64,000 nucleotides of DNA, taken from an uncultured Bacillota bacterium (GTDB taxonomy: Bacteria; Sysuimicrobiota; Sysuimicrobiia; Sysuimicrobiales; Segetimicrobiaceae). The notes under the pieces are model-generated. The model did no database searches. It was not told the DNA's origin and saw only the letters and a list, made by a program, of their open reading frames with translations. How positions within the stretch are numbered: the stretch's first letter is position 1; each line of letters opens with the position of its first letter. Of the stretch, positions 49,854 to 61,154 are shown in pieces. The position numbers and the translations under genes are program-made. The DNA is taken from contig CAWDRG010000017.1 in the NCBI GenBank assembly GCA_963804645.1, positions 320,001 through 384,000 of the forward strand, in the 5' to 3' direction.

Positions 49854-50590
49854 GTCAGGACCTCGACCCCGTGTTCGGTCACCGCCACCGTGTGCTCGAA
49901 ATGCGCCGACGGCTTGCCGTCCTTCGTCCGCACCGTCCAGCCGTCCGGATCGGTGACCACCTCGTGGGTCCCCACGTTCACCATGGGCTCAATCGCCAGC
50001 GTCATACCCGGTTGCAACAGGATGCCGGTGCCGGGACGTCCGAAGTTCGGGATCGGCGGCTCCTCGTGCAGTGAGCGCCCGACGCCGTGCCCGGCGTACT
50101 CTCGGACGACAGAGAATCCGTGCCGCTCGACATGCCGCTGGATGGCGGCCCCCACGTCCCCAAGCTTCGCCCCGGGACGCACCGCCTGAATCCCCGCCTC
50201 GAGGGCTTCCGCCCCCACCCGGAGCAGGCGGGCAATGATCTCCGACACCTCGCCGACGGGCACGGTCACGGCGTTGTCTCCGTGGAACCCGTCCACGATC
50301 GCCCCGAGATCCAGGCTCACGCACTCACCCTCGCGCAGCCGCCGCCGGCCGGGGATGCCATGGACGACTTCGTCGTCGACGGACGCGCAGAGGCTCGCGG
50401 GATACCCGCGGTACCCGAGAAACGACGGGACGCCCCCGCGGGCCCGGATCTGATCCTCCGCGATCCGATCGAGCTCGCGCGTGGTCACTCCCGGCACGAC
50501 CCCGTCGACCACGGCCTTGAGGGCCCGCGCCGCGACTTGGCACGCACGCCGCATCGCGGCGATTTCCGCTGGAGACTTGAGCGCAATCAT
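49826..50590 (-). CDS. map: Type I methionyl aminopeptidase
   Basis: EVVHGIP, GHGVGRSLHEEP, AIEPM, SAHFEHTV. Confidence 0.97.
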   Translation of the reverse strand: MIALKSPAEIAAMRRACQVAARALKAVVDGVVPGVTTRELDRIAEDQIRARGGVPSFLGYRGYPASLCASVDDEVVHGIPGRRRLREGECVSLDLGAIVDGFHGDNAVTVPVGEVSEIIARLLRVGAEALEAGIQAVRPGAKLGDVGAAIQRHVERHGFSVVREYAGHGVGRSLHEEPPIPNFGRPGTGILLQPGMTLAIEPMVNVGTHEVVTDPDGWTVRTKDGKPSAHFEHTVAVTEHGVEVLTRLPNPASV

Positions 50591-50605
50591 CGTCGACATC
50601 AACCC

Positions 50606-51268
50606 TTAGCCCGGCCGCGCGGTCCGGGATTTGGCGAATTCGCGGATCCCGCGGTACACTTCCGGCACCGGGCGCTCCGCGTTCACGGACAGAAACAAGC
50701 CGCGCCTGCGATAGTGCTCGACCAGCGGCTCCGTCCACCGGTGAAACACTTCGAGCCGGTGCAGGACCGTGCTGAGCGTATCGTCCTTTCGCTGAATCAG
50801 CGTCACCCCGTCCACATCGCACCGCCCCGGCTCCTTCGGCGGATGGTAGTCAAGATGATAGATCGCGCCGCACGTCGGACACACCCGGCGGCCGGTCAGC
50901 CGGCGCAGCAGGACCTCCTCGCGGATCTCAAAGAACACCACCGCGTCGAGCCCTCTGTCCGCCCGCGCCAGCCACGTGTCCAGGGCGTCGGCCTGGCCGA
51001 TCGTCCGCGGATAGCCGTCGAGGATAAAGCCCTCCGCGCAGTCCGGCTCCGCGAGGCGGATATGCACGATCCGGTCCACGATCTCGTCGGGCACGAGGTC
51101 GCCTTCCTGCATGAACTGGAACGCCCGCCACCCGACGTCGGTGCCATCGCGCACCGCCTGCCGGAGGATCTCGCCCGTCGAGACATGCGGCAGCCCGTCC
51201 TGGCGCTGAAACATTTCCGCCTGCGTCCCCTTGCCGGCACCGGGTGGGCCCATGAAGATCAGGTTCAT
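50606..51268 (-). CDS. adk: Adenylate kinase
   Basis: GPPGAGKGTQ, LDGYPRT, Zn-type LID CPTC...CDVD. Confidence 0.98.
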   Translation of the reverse strand: MNLIFMGPPGAGKGTQAEMFQRQDGLPHVSTGEILRQAVRDGTDVGWRAFQFMQEGDLVPDEIVDRIVHIRLAEPDCAEGFILDGYPRTIGQADALDTWLARADRGLDAVVFFEIREEVLLRRLTGRRVCPTCGAIYHLDYHPPKEPGRCDVDGVTLIQRKDDTLSTVLHRLEVFHRWTEPLVEHYRRRGLFLSVNAERPVPEVYRGIREFAKSRTARPG

Positions 51269-51278
51269 GCGGCGGCGA

Positions 51279-52547
51279 TCACTTCATGAAGCCTTCGTAG
51301 TGCCGCATCAACACGTACGCCTCGATCTGTTTCATCGTGTCCAGTGCCACACCCACGACGATCAGCAGCGACGTGCCCGTCAGGTACAGCGTCAGCTGCC
51401 CGGTGAATCGAGAGATAAAAATCGGCACGACGGCGATCAGTCCCAGGAAGATCGCGCCGACCAGCGTCAGGCGTTCCAGAATGCGGGTCAGGTAGTCGGT
51501 CGTGGGCTTCCCGGGGCGGATCCCCGGGATGAAGCCGCCGTACTTTTTGATGTTGTCGGACACGTCCTCGGGATCGAACGTGACGGCGCTGTAGAAGTAC
51601 GTGAAGAAGATGATCAGCACGAAATACATGAGCGCCCCGGTGGTGCTATTCAGGCTGAAGTAGGCGCCAATCTCCTGCACCAGCGGGTTCTTCGAGAACT
51701 GCGCGACGGTCGTCGGAAGCTGGATCATCGACACCGCGAAGATGATGGGGATCACGCCCGAGGCCGCGATCCGCATCGGCAGATAGGTCGTCTGCCCGCC
51801 CACCATGCGGCGGCCGACGATGCGCTTCGCGTACTGAATCGGGATCTTGCGGGCGGCCTGGGTCACCAGCACGACAAGCACGATGCTGACCAGAATCACG
51901 AAGATATCCGAGACCGCGTTGAGCCACGTGGACTCGCCGACGTTCACGAGCCCGACCGTCTGCTGCAGCTGCTGCGGCAGCCGCGAGCAGATGCCGGCGA
52001 AGATGATCAGGGACACGCCGTTCCCGATGCCGTACTCGGTCATGATCTCGCCCATCCAGGTCAGCACCATCGTCCCCGCGACAAGCGTCGCGAGGATCTC
52101 GGTGAAGACGATCGGGCTGGGATTGATGATCGCGTTCAGGTTCCGAATGAGGAGCACCTGCGACGAGCCCTGGATCACCGCCAGCAGCACGGCCAGGTAC
52201 AGGGTCCACTGTCCGATCTTGCGGCGCCCGGCCTCCCCCTCGTCGCGGTGGATCTCCTTCAGACGGGGAAAGACCACCTCGAGCAGGCTGAAGATGATCG
52301 ACGAGGTGATGTAGGGGAACACGCCGAGCGCGAACACCGCGAACCGCGACAGTGCGCCGCCGACGAACAGGTCGATGAAGCCGAGCGCGTTGCCCGGCTG
52401 GTTGAACAGATTCTGCAGCTGGGCCACGTTCACGCCGGGCACGGGGATGTGTGACCCCATGCGAAACACGGCGAGCATTCCGACGGTAAATAGGAACTTT
52501 CGCCGGAGGTCGGGGATCCGAAAAACGTTGGCCAGACCCGGAATCAT
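51279..52547 (-). CDS. secY: Preprotein translocase SecY
   Basis: FALGVFPYITSSII, GIGNGVSLII, IPGIRPG. Confidence 0.98.
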   Translation of the reverse strand: MIPGLANVFRIPDLRRKFLFTVGMLAVFRMGSHIPVPGVNVAQLQNLFNQPGNALGFIDLFVGGALSRFAVFALGVFPYITSSIIFSLLEVVFPRLKEIHRDEGEAGRRKIGQWTLYLAVLLAVIQGSSQVLLIRNLNAIINPSPIVFTEILATLVAGTMVLTWMGEIMTEYGIGNGVSLIIFAGICSRLPQQLQQTVGLVNVGESTWLNAVSDIFVILVSIVLVVLVTQAARKIPIQYAKRIVGRRMVGGQTTYLPMRIAASGVIPIIFAVSMIQLPTTVAQFSKNPLVQEIGAYFSLNSTTGALMYFVLIIFFTYFYSAVTFDPEDVSDNIKKYGGFIPGIRPGKPTTDYLTRILERLTLVGAIFLGLIAVVPIFISRFTGQLTLYLTGTSLLIVVGVALDTMKQIEAYVLMRHYEGFMK

Positions 52548-53011
52548 GCGATCACCTCGGCCCGCCCTCCTGCGGCCTCGATCAGCTTGCGCGCCGAGGC
52601 GCTGAAGGCGTGGGCCCGCACGACCAGCGCGTGGCCGAGATCGCCTTCCCCAAGAATCTTCACCTGCGCCGTCCGAAGCAGCCGGGCCTCCCGCAGGGTC
52701 TCGGGGGTCACCTCGCTCCCGGCGGGAAACGCGCTCAGGCGCCCGACATTCACGGTCCCCATCCGGGTGGGCCGCGCGCCGCCGACGAGGTTGCTGCCGG
52801 CCCCGCGCACGCCGCGCCGGTACGGTACCCGCTTGATCAGCGGGAGCTGGCCGCCCTCGAACCCGGGCCGCATCTGTCCGCCGGAGCGCGCTTTCTGCCC
52901 CTTGTTCCCCCGTCCGGCCGTGTTGCCGCTGCCGGAGGAGCCGCCCCGGCCGATCCGACGGGCCGGACGGCGCGACCCGCGCGCGGGCTTCAGCTTACCT
53001 AGGTTGGCCAT
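52544..53011 (-). CDS. rplO: 50S ribosomal protein L15
   Basis: GRGNKGQKARSG, GFEGGQLPL. Confidence 0.97.
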   Translation of the reverse strand: MANLGKLKPARGSRRPARRIGRGGSSGSGNTAGRGNKGQKARSGGQMRPGFEGGQLPLIKRVPYRRGVRGAGSNLVGGARPTRMGTVNVGRLSAFPAGSEVTPETLREARLLRTAQVKILGEGDLGHALVVRAHAFSASARKLIEAAGGRAEVIA

Positions 53012-53192
53012 CCGCCACCTCGCTGACGTCCACCAAATGCTGGACTTTCCGAAGCGCTCCCCGCAGCCCTGGCGTCAACGTGTGCACGCGGGCCGCGCCG
53101 ATGCGCCGCAGGCCGAGCGCCCAGACCGTGCGGCGCTGCGACTGCGTCTGCCCAATCAGGCTCCCCCGCAGGGTGATGCGGACCTGCTTCAC
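52995..53192 (-). CDS. rpmD: 50S ribosomal protein L30
   Basis: ITLRGSLIG, ALGLRRI, KVQHLV; syntenic position. Confidence 0.93.
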   Translation of the reverse strand: MKQVRITLRGSLIGQTQSQRRTVWALGLRRIGAARVHTLTPGLRGALRKVQHLVDVSEVADGQPR

Positions 53193-53830
53193 TACGCCGT
53201 CATCCACCGCTCGGCCCTCCGCCCGACAAGTTCGGCCACTGTCTTGTGCCGGCTCCGGGCCACCTCCTCGGGGCGCCGGATATCCAGCATCCCCTTGAGC
53301 GTCGCCCGCGCTTGATTGATCGGATTCTTGCTGCCGAGCGACTTCGTCAGGATGTCCCGCACCCCGGCCGCCTCGAGGACCGCCCGAACCGGACCGCCCG
53401 CGATAACGCCCGTGCCCTTGGCCGCCGGCTTCAGCAGCACCCGCGCCGCGCCGTACTCGGACACGATCTCGTGGGGCACCGTGGTCCCGGTCAGCGCCAC
53501 GTGCATGAGGTGCTTCTTCGCGTCCTCGGTGCCCTTGCGGATCGAGTCGGGCACCTCCCCCGCTTTGCCCAGCCCGACGCCGACGTGTCCGTGCTCATCG
53601 CCGACCACCACCAGGGCGCTGAAGTTGAACCGCTTCGCTCCCTTGGTCACTTTCGCCACGCGATTGATCCAGATCGCCTTCTCCCAGGTCAGGTTGACGC
53701 TGTCGGCGTTGACGCGCCGGTGCAAATACTCCAGATCGGCCGGTTTCGGCGCCGGCGGCGCCTCAACCTTGCGGGCCTTGCCCCGCAGCTTGTTCTTGCC
53801 CTTGACGAGCTTACTCTTGGATCGTGGCAT
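53192..53830 (-). CDS. rpsE: 30S ribosomal protein S5
   Basis: [28 protein letters not shown]. Confidence 0.97.
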   Translation of the reverse strand: MPRSKSKLVKGKNKLRGKARKVEAPPAPKPADLEYLHRRVNADSVNLTWEKAIWINRVAKVTKGAKRFNFSALVVVGDEHGHVGVGLGKAGEVPDSIRKGTEDAKKHLMHVALTGTTVPHEIVSEYGAARVLLKPAAKGTGVIAGGPVRAVLEAAGVRDILTKSLGSKNPINQARATLKGMLDIRRPEEVARSRHKTVAELVGRRAERWMTA

Positions 53831-53867
53831 CCACTTCTTCCTCCTCGCGGCGGCGATGCCGCCGGTC

Positions 53868-54236
53868 CTAGAACTCCAGCCCGCCCTCGCGGGCGCCCTC
53901 TGCGACGGCCCGCACGCGGCCGTGATACTGATAGCCGCCCCGGTCGAACACGACCTGACTCAGGCCGCGCTCCTTGGCGCGCCGCGCGATCAGCTGTCCG
54001 ACGATCTTGCACGCCTCGGACTTGCTCGCCGCGTCCGCCTGCGCGCGGATCTCCGGATCGAGCGTCGACGCGGCCGCCAGTGTCCGCCCCGTGCCGTCGT
54101 CGACGAGCTGGACGTAGACGTGGGAAAGGCTGCGGAACACCGACAGCCGCGGCCGCTCCGGCGTGCCGGACACCGTCCGGCGAATCCGAAGGTGCCGCCG
54201 CTGCCGATTCAGGTTGCGATCCTTGTGCTTAATCAT
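53868..54236 (-). CDS. rplR: 50S ribosomal protein L18
   Basis: [23 protein letters not shown]. Confidence 0.98.
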   Translation of the reverse strand: MIKHKDRNLNRQRRHLRIRRTVSGTPERPRLSVFRSLSHVYVQLVDDGTGRTLAAASTLDPEIRAQADAASKSEACKIVGQLIARRAKERGLSQVVFDRGGYQYHGRVRAVAEGAREGGLEF

Positions 54237-54289
54237 CGGTGCACCCCCACGGTCGGCGTCGATCGCACGCCGCGCCGCTCAGCGTTCTG

Positions 54290-54847
54290 TTAGCCCTTCG
54301 CGCCGCCGGCGGCCTTACCCGCCTTGCCCGCCTTGCGCCGCACCCGCTCGCCCACATAGCGAATGCCCTTGCCTTTGTACGGATCCGGTTCGCGGAACGC
54401 GCGGATCGTCGCCGCGGTCTGCCCGACCTGCTCCTTATCGATGCCCCCGACGACGATCCGGTTTGGCGCCGGAGCCTCGAGGGTCACGCCGGCCGGCGGC
54501 TTGACCTCGATCGGGTGAGAGTATCCGATCTGGAGCGTCAGGTTCGCGCCCTGCTTTTGCGCGCGGTACCCCACGCCCTGGATCTCCAATTCAACCCGGT
54601 ATCCCTGGGTCACGCCGCGCACCATGTTCGCCAGCAGCGCCCGCGTCAGCCCGTGCAGCGCGCGGTGGAACTTATCCTCGCTCTGCCGGGACACCAGCAT
54701 CTGCTTGTCCTCGACCGCCACCCGAATATCCGCATGGACGGCGCGCTCCAGCTTGCCCTTTGGCCCGGACACGTGGACCGTCCCGTCCGCGATTTGGACG
54801 TCGACCCCCTGAGGGATCGGAATCGGTGCTCTGCCTACACGAGACAT
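54290..54847 (-). CDS. rplF: 50S ribosomal protein L6
   Basis: MSRVG, PDPYKGKGIRY. Confidence 0.98.
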   Translation of the reverse strand: MSRVGRAPIPIPQGVDVQIADGTVHVSGPKGKLERAVHADIRVAVEDKQMLVSRQSEDKFHRALHGLTRALLANMVRGVTQGYRVELEIQGVGYRAQKQGANLTLQIGYSHPIEVKPPAGVTLEAPAPNRIVVGGIDKEQVGQTAATIRAFREPDPYKGKGIRYVGERVRRKAGKAGKAAGGAKG

Positions 54848-54866
54848 TCCCGGCTCCTTCCCGCCG

Positions 54867-55259
54867 CTACCAGATGAAGCACAGCACTTCGCCGCCGACC
54901 CCGGCCTTGCGCGCGTCGCGGTCGGTCATGACGCCGCGGGAGGTCGACAGGATCGCCACCCCGAGCCCGCCGCGCACGCGCGGCACGTCCGCCCGGCGCG
55001 CGTAAATCCGCAGCCCCGGACGGCTGATCCGCCGCAGGCCGGTGATGATGGTCTGCTTGCGCTCCCCGTACCGCAGCTGGATCCGGATCCCCTCGGGCGT
55101 TGTCTTCTCGGTATGGTAGTCCGCGATAAACCCTTCCGCTTTGAGGATCTTCGCGATCTCCATCTTCATGCGCGACGCCGGCACCGACACCGTGTCGTGG
55201 TGCGCAATCATCCCGTTGCGAATCCGGGTCAGCATGTCCGCGATCGGATCGGTAATCAC
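54867..55259 (-). CDS. rpsH: 30S ribosomal protein S8
   Basis: [30 protein letters not shown]. Confidence 0.97.
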   Translation of the reverse strand: MITDPIADMLTRIRNGMIAHHDTVSVPASRMKMEIAKILKAEGFIADYHTEKTTPEGIRIQLRYGERKQTIITGLRRISRPGLRIYARRADVPRVRGGLGVAILSTSRGVMTDRDARKAGVGGEVLCFIW

Positions 55260-55275
55260 TCCCACTCCCGTCACC

Positions 55276-55461
55276 TCACCAACTGGCCTTGACCACGCCG
55301 GGGATCTCTCCCCGGTGGGCCAGCGTGCGCAGGCAGATCCGGCACAGGCCGAACTTCCGGAACACCGCGCGCGGCCGGCCGCAGTTACGGCAGCGGTTGT
55401 ACCGCCGCACCTTAAACTTCGGCGTCTTCCGCCACTTATTGAGCAGCGCCTTCTTCGGCAT
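55276..55461 (-). CDS. rpsN: 30S ribosomal protein S14 (Zn-binding type Z)
   Basis: RCRNCGR...LCRICLR...PGVVKASW. Confidence 0.97.
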   Translation of the reverse strand: MPKKALLNKWRKTPKFKVRRYNRCRNCGRPRAVFRKFGLCRICLRTLAHRGEIPGVVKASW

Positions 55462-56025
55462 CTAACTGGCCCCCCCGACCTGCGCGGTCTCGCGGAGCGG
55501 CAGCCCGAGCAGCCGCAGGAGCTCTCGGGCTTCCTCGTCGGATCGCGCCGTCGTAACGATCGAGATGTCCATCCCGCGGATTTTGTCCACCTTGTCATAT
55601 TCGATCTCAGGGAAGATCAACTGCTCGCGCAGCCCGATGTTCATCCCGCCGCGGCCGTCGAGCGATCGCGACGACAACCCCTTGAAATCCTTGATCCGCG
55701 GCAGGCTGATGTTGAACAGCTTGTCGAGAAATTCGTACATCCGCTCGCCGCGCAGCGTCACTTTGCACCCGATTGGGTTTCCCGTGCGCAACTTGAACGC
55801 CGCGATCGACCGACGGGCGCGGGTGATCACCGGCCGCTGCCCGCTGATAAGCGTCAGCTCCTCCACGGCCTTGTCGAGATGTCGCTGATCCTGCAGCGCG
55901 TCGGCGACGCGCATATTGATCACGACCTTCTCGACCTTGGGCACCTGCATCGGGTTCGTGTAGCCAAACCGCTCCCGCAGCCCGCTCGTGACCTCTCCCT
56001 TATACTTCTCACGCAACCGTTCCAT
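55462..56025 (-). CDS. rplE: 50S ribosomal protein L5
   Basis: [23 protein letters not shown]. Confidence 0.98.
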   Translation of the reverse strand: MERLREKYKGEVTSGLRERFGYTNPMQVPKVEKVVINMRVADALQDQRHLDKAVEELTLISGQRPVITRARRSIAAFKLRTGNPIGCKVTLRGERMYEFLDKLFNISLPRIKDFKGLSSRSLDGRGGMNIGLREQLIFPEIEYDKVDKIRGMDISIVTTARSDEEARELLRLLGLPLRETAQVGGAS

Positions 56026-56080
56026 CGTGCACCTCGTGTTGACCGCCCGCCCTGCCCGCCGGCGAGACGGCCGCGTCCCT

Positions 56081-56419
56081 CTATGCCCGATCGATAATCT
56101 CTCCGCAGTGCCGACACACGCGCACCCGCTTGCCGTCGTCCATCAACTGGTGGCCGAACCGCACGGCACGCCCGCACCGGGTGCACACCAGCATCGCCTT
56201 GCCTGACGGAAACGGCATCGGCTTCTCGATGATGCCGCCCGCCGGGTTCTTATCCGACGGTTTGGTGTGGCGCTTCGCGATCATGACGCCTTCGACGATG
56301 ATGCGTCCGCGGTCCGGGATGACGCGCAGGACCTTCCCCCGCTTGCCCCGGTACTTCCCGTGGATGACCTCGACCGTGTCACCGCGCCGGACGTGCACCG
56401 CGACCCTCGGTCCGCCCAT
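56081..56419 (-). CDS. rplX: 50S ribosomal protein L24
   Basis: [21 protein letters not shown] motif. Confidence 0.97.
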   Translation of the reverse strand: MGGPRVAVHVRRGDTVEVIHGKYRGKRGKVLRVIPDRGRIIVEGVMIAKRHTKPSDKNPAGGIIEKPMPFPSGKAMLVCTRCGRAVRFGHQLMDDGKRVRVCRHCGEIIDRA

Positions 56420-56787
56420 CACAGCACCTCCGGCGCGAGCGAGATGATCTTCATGAACTGCTTGTCCCGCAGCTCCCGCGCGACGGGACCGAAGATCCGG
56501 GTCCCGCGCGGGTTGTTCTGGTCAGTGATCAGCACCGCCGCGTTGTCGTCGAACCGGATGGCTGACCCGTCCGGCCGACGCGTCGGCCGGGTCGTCCGGA
56601 CGACCACCGCGCGCACCACTTCGCCCTTCTTAACCGCGCTGTTCGGAATCGCCTGTTTCACCGTGGCGACGATCACATCCCCGATACCAGCGTACCGCCG
56701 GTCCGACCCACCCTTGACGCGAATACACATAATCTCGCGCGCGCCGGTGTTGTCCGCTACCCTCAGCCGTGTATAGTTCTGAATCAT
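56419..56787 (-). CDS. rplN: 50S ribosomal protein L14
   Basis: [26 protein letters not shown]. Confidence 0.98.
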   Translation of the reverse strand: MIQNYTRLRVADNTGAREIMCIRVKGGSDRRYAGIGDVIVATVKQAIPNSAVKKGEVVRAVVVRTTRPTRRPDGSAIRFDDNAAVLITDQNNPRGTRIFGPVARELRDKQFMKIISLAPEVL

Positions 56788-56841
56788 CGCTTGCCCCCAT
56801 CACGCCCCGCTGGCACCCCGCGACGGACGACGATGCGCCGC

Positions 56842-57132
56842 CTACCGGGCCCGCTCCAACACCTGGACCACACGCCACCGCTTGTCCTTGCTCAGCGGAC
56901 GGGTCTCCGAGATGAGCACCCGATCGCCGACGTGCGCCTCGTTCTGCTCGTCGTGCGCCTTGAACCGGCGGTTCTGACTGACGACCTTCCGGTACAGCGG
57001 ATGGCGGCCGCGCCGGACAACCTCGACGACCACAGTCTTCTGCATCTTGTCGCTTACGACGAGACCGACCTGTGTCTTCCGTTTGGCCCGTGCCGCCGTC
57101 TCGGCCGCCGTGACCCCCAACTCCTCCGCCAT
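56842..57132 (-). CDS. rpsQ: 30S ribosomal protein S17
   Basis: [23 protein letters not shown]. Confidence 0.97.
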   Translation of the reverse strand: MAEELGVTAAETAARAKRKTQVGLVVSDKMQKTVVVEVVRRGRHPLYRKVVSQNRRFKAHDEQNEAHVGDRVLISETRPLSKDKRWRVVQVLERAR

Positions 57133-57335
57133 CACGCCCTCCCTCCGGCCAGCTCGCGCTCGCGCAGCGTGGTCAGCAGGCGTGCGACCGTCCGCCGCAC
57201 CTGCGACACCCGAGCCGGGCTCTCAAGCTTGCCCGACGCACGCTGCAGACGCAGCGTGAACAACTGCTGCCGCGCATCCTGCAGCTGCTTGGCGATCTCC
57301 GCCTCGGTCAACTCGCTCAACGGTGCCGCCGTCAT
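57132..57335 (-). CDS. rpmC: 50S ribosomal protein L29
   Basis: [20 protein letters not shown]; syntenic position. Confidence 0.95.
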   Translation of the reverse strand: MTAAPLSELTEAEIAKQLQDARQQLFTLRLQRASGKLESPARVSQVRRTVARLLTTLRERELAGGRA

Positions 57336-57781
57336 GCCTGACTCCCCTCTGCCAGCGCCGCCGTCTGTCCGGCCCCCTCGCGCAGCACGAACCGCGTGCG
57401 GATCGGCAGCTTATGCCCGGCCAACTGCATCGCCTCCCGGGCCACGCCTTCGTTCACGCCGGCGAGCTCGAGCAGCACGCGGCCGGGCTTGATCACGGCG
57501 ACCCACAGCTCCGGGTTCCCCTTGCCGCTCCCCATGCGCGTCTCGGCCGGCTTCTTGGTCACCGGCTTATCCGGAAACACGCGGATCCAGAGTTTGCCGC
57601 CGCGCTTGATAAACCGCGTGATCGCCCGACGTGACGCCTCAAGCTGCTGGCTCGTGACGTATCCGCGCCCCAGGGCCTGGAGGCCGTACTCCCCGAACGC
57701 CACGAACGCCCCGGCGTGCGCCTCGCCCCGCATGCGTCCCCGCTGGGACTTACGATACTTGACCCTCTTGGGCATCAGCAT
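57332..57781 (-). CDS. rplP: 50S ribosomal protein L16
   Basis: [18 protein letters not shown]. Confidence 0.98.
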   Translation of the reverse strand: MLMPKRVKYRKSQRGRMRGEAHAGAFVAFGEYGLQALGRGYVTSQQLEASRRAITRFIKRGGKLWIRVFPDKPVTKKPAETRMGSGKGNPELWVAVIKPGRVLLELAGVNEGVAREAMQLAGHKLPIRTRFVLREGAGQTAALAEGSQA

Positions 57782-58505
57782 TTCCGTCTTGCCTCCTCTG
57801 CACCGTCACGCGCGGCAGCCGCGACGGCAGCACCGTCGTCTCCCCCGCACGGCCCCGCAGTTCCGCCGGCCGACGCCGCTCCGGCAACACATCGCCACGG
57901 TAGATCCACACCTTGACCCCAATGCGTCCGTAGGTCGTCAGCGCCTCGGCCACGCCAAAATCGATGTCCGCGCGCAGCGTGTGAAGAGGCACCCGGCCGT
58001 CCCGGTACCACTCGTACCGGGCGATCTCGGCGCCGGCGAGCCGCCCGGCGCACGCGATGCGAATCCCCTTCGCCCCGCTGCGGAGGCTCCGCGCCACCGC
58101 CTGCTTCATCGCCCGCCGGTATGCAATCCGGCGTTCAAGCTGGCTGGCGACGTTCTGGGCGACGAGCGCGGCCTCGAGCTCGGCCCGCCGGATCTCCTGC
58201 ACGTTCAGTTGGATCTGCTTGCCCGTCAGCGCTTCGAGCTCTTTCTTCAGCGCGTCGATTCCCGTGCCGCCCCGGCCGATGATGATGCCCGGCCTGGCCG
58301 AGTGGATCGTGATCCGGACCCGGTTCGCCGCGCGCTCGATCTCGATGCGCGAGATCCCCGCGCGACCGAGCTTCGCCTTGATGTGTTTGCGGAGCGTCTG
58401 GTCCTCCTGGATAAGGTCGGGAAAATTCTTTTCCGCGTACCACTTGGACTCCCAATCCTTGATGATCCCGAGCCTCAACCCGATCGGATGGATCTTCTGC
58501 CCCAC
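57750..58505 (-). CDS. rpsC: 30S ribosomal protein S3
   Basis: [25 protein letters not shown]. Confidence 0.98.
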   Translation of the reverse strand: MGQKIHPIGLRLGIIKDWESKWYAEKNFPDLIQEDQTLRKHIKAKLGRAGISRIEIERAANRVRITIHSARPGIIIGRGGTGIDALKKELEALTGKQIQLNVQEIRRAELEAALVAQNVASQLERRIAYRRAMKQAVARSLRSGAKGIRIACAGRLAGAEIARYEWYRDGRVPLHTLRADIDFGVAEALTTYGRIGVKVWIYRGDVLPERRRPAELRGRAGETTVLPSRLPRVTVQRRQDGNADAQEGQVS

Positions 58506-58592
58506 GATGCGCCTCCTGTTATGCAGCCCAGCCCGCGAGCCGGCACCCACGTGCGGCCCCCGCGAGCGTTCGGCCGTCCTGCCGACCGTCGA

Positions 58593-58925
58593 TCACTCGT
58601 CGCCCACCACTACGGTGATATGACTGCTTCGCTTCTTGATCACGTCCGCGCGGCCGCGCGCCCGCGGCTGCATCCGGCGAACCGTACTCCCCGCGTCCAC
58701 GTACGCCCGCGCCACCCGGAGGGTGTCTCGCCCGAGCTCAAGGTTGTGCTCTGCGTTGGCGGCCGCCGACGCCACGACCTTGGCCAGCACCCGCGCCGCG
58801 CGGTTCGGCGTGAACTGCAGAACCGCGAGCGCATCATCGATGCCCTTCCCCCGGATCAGCGCCAGCACCGGCCGCACCTTGGTGGGCGAAATCCGGACGT
58901 GTCGCGCAATCGCCTTCGCTTCCAT
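58593..58925 (-). CDS. rplV: 50S ribosomal protein L22
   Basis: SAAANAEHN, PRARGRA, SHITVVV. Confidence 0.98.
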   Translation of the reverse strand: MEAKAIARHVRISPTKVRPVLALIRGKGIDDALAVLQFTPNRAARVLAKVVASAAANAEHNLELGRDTLRVARAYVDAGSTVRRMQPRARGRADVIKKRSSHITVVVGDE

Positions 58926-58937
58926 CCGCCGCCCCCT

Positions 58938-59279
58938 CTACGTCGCCGGCGCCGCGGCGGGTGCCGCCGCGGGCGTGCCGCCCGCGGGCGCGCCAGACCG
59001 CACGGCCGTGGTCTTCTCGACCCGCGCACCGTGGCTCTTGAACGTCCGCGTCGCCGCAAACTCGCCCAGCTTATGCCCGACCATGTTCTCGGTCACATAG
59101 ATCGGGACGTGCTTGCGCCCGTCGTACACCGCGATCGTGTGTCCGACCATCTCCGGCACGACGGTCGAGCGCCGGGACCACGTGCGGATCACCCGCCGCT
59201 CCCGCGTCTTGTTCAGTGTCTGGACCTTCGTGAGCAGATGCGCGTCCACGAAGGGACCCTTCTTTACGGATCGGCCCAT
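58938..59279 (-). CDS. rpsS: 30S ribosomal protein S19
   Basis: [23 protein letters not shown]. Confidence 0.98.
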   Translation of the reverse strand: MGRSVKKGPFVDAHLLTKVQTLNKTRERRVIRTWSRRSTVVPEMVGHTIAVYDGRKHVPIYVTENMVGHKLGEFAATRTFKSHGARVEKTTAVRSGAPAGGTPAAAPAAAPAT

Positions 59280-59364
59280 GTTATCTCCACCCCATCCGCT
59301 GATCGGTCGCCCACGGCGTGCCGTGGGTCCCGCCGTCTCGTGATCCGCTCACACACCCGCTCAT

Positions 59365-60189
59365 TTAGTCCCGCCGCTTGACGATGAACTTGTCGCTCGG
59401 CTTCGTCGTCCGCGTCCGATAGCCGAGGGTCGGCTTCCCCCACGGGGTGACCGGCCCGGGCATGCCGATCGGCGACTTGCCTTCGCCGCCGCCGTGCGGA
59501 TGGCTGCTGGGATCCATCACCACGCCGCGGACCGACGGGCGCCAGCCCATCCACCGCGTCCGGCCTGCCTTGCCGATGCTGATGGACTCATGGTCGAGGT
59601 TGCCGACCTGTCCGATCGTCGCCCGGCACTCGATGTGCACCATCCGGACCTCGCCCGACGGCAGCCGGATCTGGGCGTAGTCGCCTTCCTTGGCCATCAC
59701 CTGCGCCGAACTCCCGGCGCTGCGAACCATCTGCCCGCCGCGGCCGATCTGCAGCTCGACGTTGTGGACGGTCGAGCCCACCGGAATCGCGCGGAGCGGC
59801 AGCGCGTTGCCCGGCCGGATCTCCGCCTCCGGCCCGGACGCAAGCACGTCGCCGACACCGAGTCCGACCGGCGCTAGGATGTACCGCTTCTCGCCGTCCG
59901 CGTAGTGCAGCAGCGCGATCCGCGCCGACCGGTTCGGATCGTATTCGATCGCGGCGACGCGCGCCTTGATCCCATCCTTGTTCCGCTTGAAGTCGATGAC
60001 GCGGTAGCGCTGCTTATGCCCCCCGCCGCGGTGGCGGACGGTGACCTTGCCCTGCGCGTTGCGTCCCGCGTGGGACGACTGCGCGTCGAGCAGCGCCCGC
60101 TCCGGCTTGCTCTTGGTAATCTCCTCAAACAGCGACACGGTCTTGAACCGCTGGCCTGGGGTGATCGGCTTGAATTTCTTGACCGCCAT
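59365..60189 (-). CDS. rplB: 50S ribosomal protein L2
   Basis: [16 protein letters not shown]. Confidence 0.98.
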   Translation of the reverse strand: MAVKKFKPITPGQRFKTVSLFEEITKSKPERALLDAQSSHAGRNAQGKVTVRHRGGGHKQRYRVIDFKRNKDGIKARVAAIEYDPNRSARIALLHYADGEKRYILAPVGLGVGDVLASGPEAEIRPGNALPLRAIPVGSTVHNVELQIGRGGQMVRSAGSSAQVMAKEGDYAQIRLPSGEVRMVHIECRATIGQVGNLDHESISIGKAGRTRWMGWRPSVRGVVMDPSSHPHGGGEGKSPIGMPGPVTPWGKPTLGYRTRTTKPSDKFIVKRRD

Positions 60190-60246
60190 GCTATGCCTCC
60201 CCCCGCCGACGCGGCCCGCGTGTACGCCGTGCGCGTGATCCCGCGG

Positions 60247-60534
60247 TCATGTCAGCTTCTCCATGTCGATCTTGTCGCCGCTCGCCAGCGTCACGATCGC
60301 CTTCCGGTACCCGGCTTCCATGTACCGGTGCTGTCCGCGGCGGCGCTGCCGGCCGTGAATCCGGATCACGTTCACTTTGGTGACGTGCACCGAGAACAGC
60401 TGCTCGACGGCGGTACGGATCACCGGCTTCGTCGACCCGCCGTCCACTTCGAACGTGTATTTGTTGATCGTGGTCCCCCGCATGCTCTTCTCCGTGACGA
60501 TCGGGCGCCGGATAACCTCGCGCGGGTCGTTCAT
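60247..60534 (-). CDS. rplW: 50S ribosomal protein L23
   Basis: RPIVTEKS, KYTFEV, KAIVTL. Confidence 0.96.
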   Translation of the reverse strand: MNDPREVIRRPIVTEKSMRGTTINKYTFEVDGGSTKPVIRTAVEQLFSVHVTKVNVIRIHGRQRRRGQHRYMEAGYRKAIVTLASGDKIDMEKLT

Positions 60535-61154
60535 GACACCACCTCCGCGATGTGGTCCAGGGCATCCCGAACGATCAGCAGGTGGTCGGAGATCAGAATC
60601 AGATGCACGTTCAGGTTGGCCGCCTGGATCACGTGCACCCCGGGCAGATTCGCCGCGGACCGGACAACGACCGGATCCAGGCCGGCCGTCACGAGCAGCA
60701 CCTTGCCCTCCGCCGCGACCGCGCGCAGCATCTTCGCCAGCACGCTCGTCTTCGGCTGCGCGAGTTCGAGCCGGTCGAGCACCGAGATCCGCCCTTCGAT
60801 GGCCTTCTCCGACAGCGCAGACCGAATCGCCAGGTGCCGCACCTTCTTCGGCAGGGAGTAGCTGTGGTCGCGCGGCGTCGGACCGAACACCACGCCGCCG
60901 CCGACGAACACGGGTGCCCCGCGCGCGCCGTGGCGCGCGCGGCCGGTGCCCTTCTGCCGGTACAGCTTGCGGGTCGTCCGGTTGACCTCGCCCCGCGTCA
61001 GTGTCGAGTGCGTCCCCCGCCGGCGCCCGGCGAGCTGCCACGCCACCGCTTCATGCAGCACCGCGGTATGCGGCGTGATCCCGAAGACGCCCGCCGCGAG
61101 CTCCATTTCCCCGACCCGGTTGCCGCCGGCGTCGTAGACGATCGCTGTGGTCAT
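60531..61154 (-). CDS. rplD: 50S ribosomal protein L4
   Basis: RQKGTGRARHG, GGGVVFGPTPR. Confidence 0.98.
   Translation of the reverse strand: MTTAIVYDAGGNRVGEMELAAGVFGITPHTAVLHEAVAWQLAGRRRGTHSTLTRGEVNRTTRKLYRQKGTGRARHGARGAPVFVGGGVVFGPTPRDHSYSLPKKVRHLAIRSALSEKAIEGRISVLDRLELAQPKTSVLAKMLRAVAAEGKVLLVTAGLDPVVVRSAANLPGVHVIQAANLNVHLILISDHLLIVRDALDHIAEVVS

Noticed and set aside
59310..59327. Perfect hairpin CCCACGGC-GT-GCCGTGGG between rplB and rpsS
   Set aside because: No T-tract; such GC hairpins are common in operon spacers
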